Shown here: positions 63,596 through 64,000 of the stretch, in pieces
Layout: each line of letters starts with the position of its first letter
Numbering within the stretch: the first letter of the stretch is position 1
Virus record (IMG/VR): IMGVR_UViG_3300011113_000747
Span: 64,001-128,000 of that record
Strand: one strand, 5' to 3'
DNA: 64,000 bases
DNA from: a virus
Notes under the pieces: generated by a model
Told to the model about the DNA's origin: nothing
The model's database searches: none
What the model saw: only the letters and a program-made list of their open reading frames with translations
Program-made: the position numbers and the translations under genes

Positions 63596-64000
63596 GTACC
63601 AATTTTACAGATTATTCTTTACCAAAAACAGCTTATGCTGCATTTGATGCAACAAGCTTGAGACAGCTTATTATCGATAGGCTTAATGAAAATAGCATTT
63701 TTAAAGATCAAAATTTTGAAGGAAGTAATATTAGCGCTGTCATTGATTTGGTAGCATATATGTATCATGTCCTATTGTTTTATCTCAACCAGACATCTGC
63801 AGAAACTCTTTTTTCTCAAACTACATTGTTTGAAAATATGAACAAAATTGTAAGTTTGCTAAACTACAAACCTATAGGTGATCAAACAAGTATAGTAAGT
63901 TTCAATACAACCTGTAAACCAGAAATACCAACTGGTCAATATACAATTCCAAAATTTAGTTATCTTAATACTGGTGGTAAAAGTTTTGCATTACTTGATG
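63592..64000 (+). CDS. gp6: Baseplate wedge gp6 (5' part, runs off window)
   Basis: Not in track; MSTNF...FDATSLRQ...FKDQNFEGSNISAVIDLVAYMYH...AE..F..T.LFEN...I..LLNYKP. Confidence 0.88.
   Translation, partial: MSTNFTDYSLPKTAYAAFDATSLRQLIIDRLNENSIFKDQNFEGSNISAVIDLVAYMYHVLLFYLNQTSAETLFSQTTLFENMNKIVSLLNYKPIGDQTSIVSFNTTCKPEIPTGQYTIPKFSYLNTGGKSFALLD

Noticed and set aside
1-64000. CRISPR array, tRNA/rRNA genes, IS elements, integrase
   Set aside because: No regularly spaced repeats, cloverleafs, transposase or recombinase motifs seen; intergenic gaps are very short
1-64000. Stop-codon reassignment
   Set aside because: Core genes are full length in the standard code; TAA, TGA and TAG all end genes

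Overview
The window is an AT-rich, gene-dense segment of a T4-like myovirus genome in the standard genetic code. No tRNA, CRISPR array, intron or intein was seen. It carries replication, recombination and transcription genes (uvsY, uvsW, gp55, gp47/46, gp43, uvsX, gp41, gp59-like, gp32, gp45, rnh, gp61, dut, gp44). It also carries packaging, neck, tail and baseplate genes (gp17, gp16, gp14, gp3, gp18, gp19, gp54/26/29/48/53/27-like, gp25, gp6) and a block of fibre/adhesin genes. The standout accessory content is a secreted module typical of Planctomycetes/Verrucomicrobia: a Sec-signal DUF1549/DUF1553 protein with a CxxCH motif, an adjacent Tat-signal DUF1501 protein, and a second divergent Tat-DUF1501 elsewhere. 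All three sit behind the phage's late-type TAAATA box. Also notable are a QueC lacking its Zn cysteines near a stand-alone Ntn glutamine amidotransferase and a glycosyltransferase, a GH75/DPBB-like domain at the gp5 position, and a dozen ORFs with capsid-targeting-like N-termini. Promoter-like boxes of two classes lie only about 5-13 nt before start codons, which suggests near-leaderless expression. All family calls are from motif recognition by eye, not database searches.
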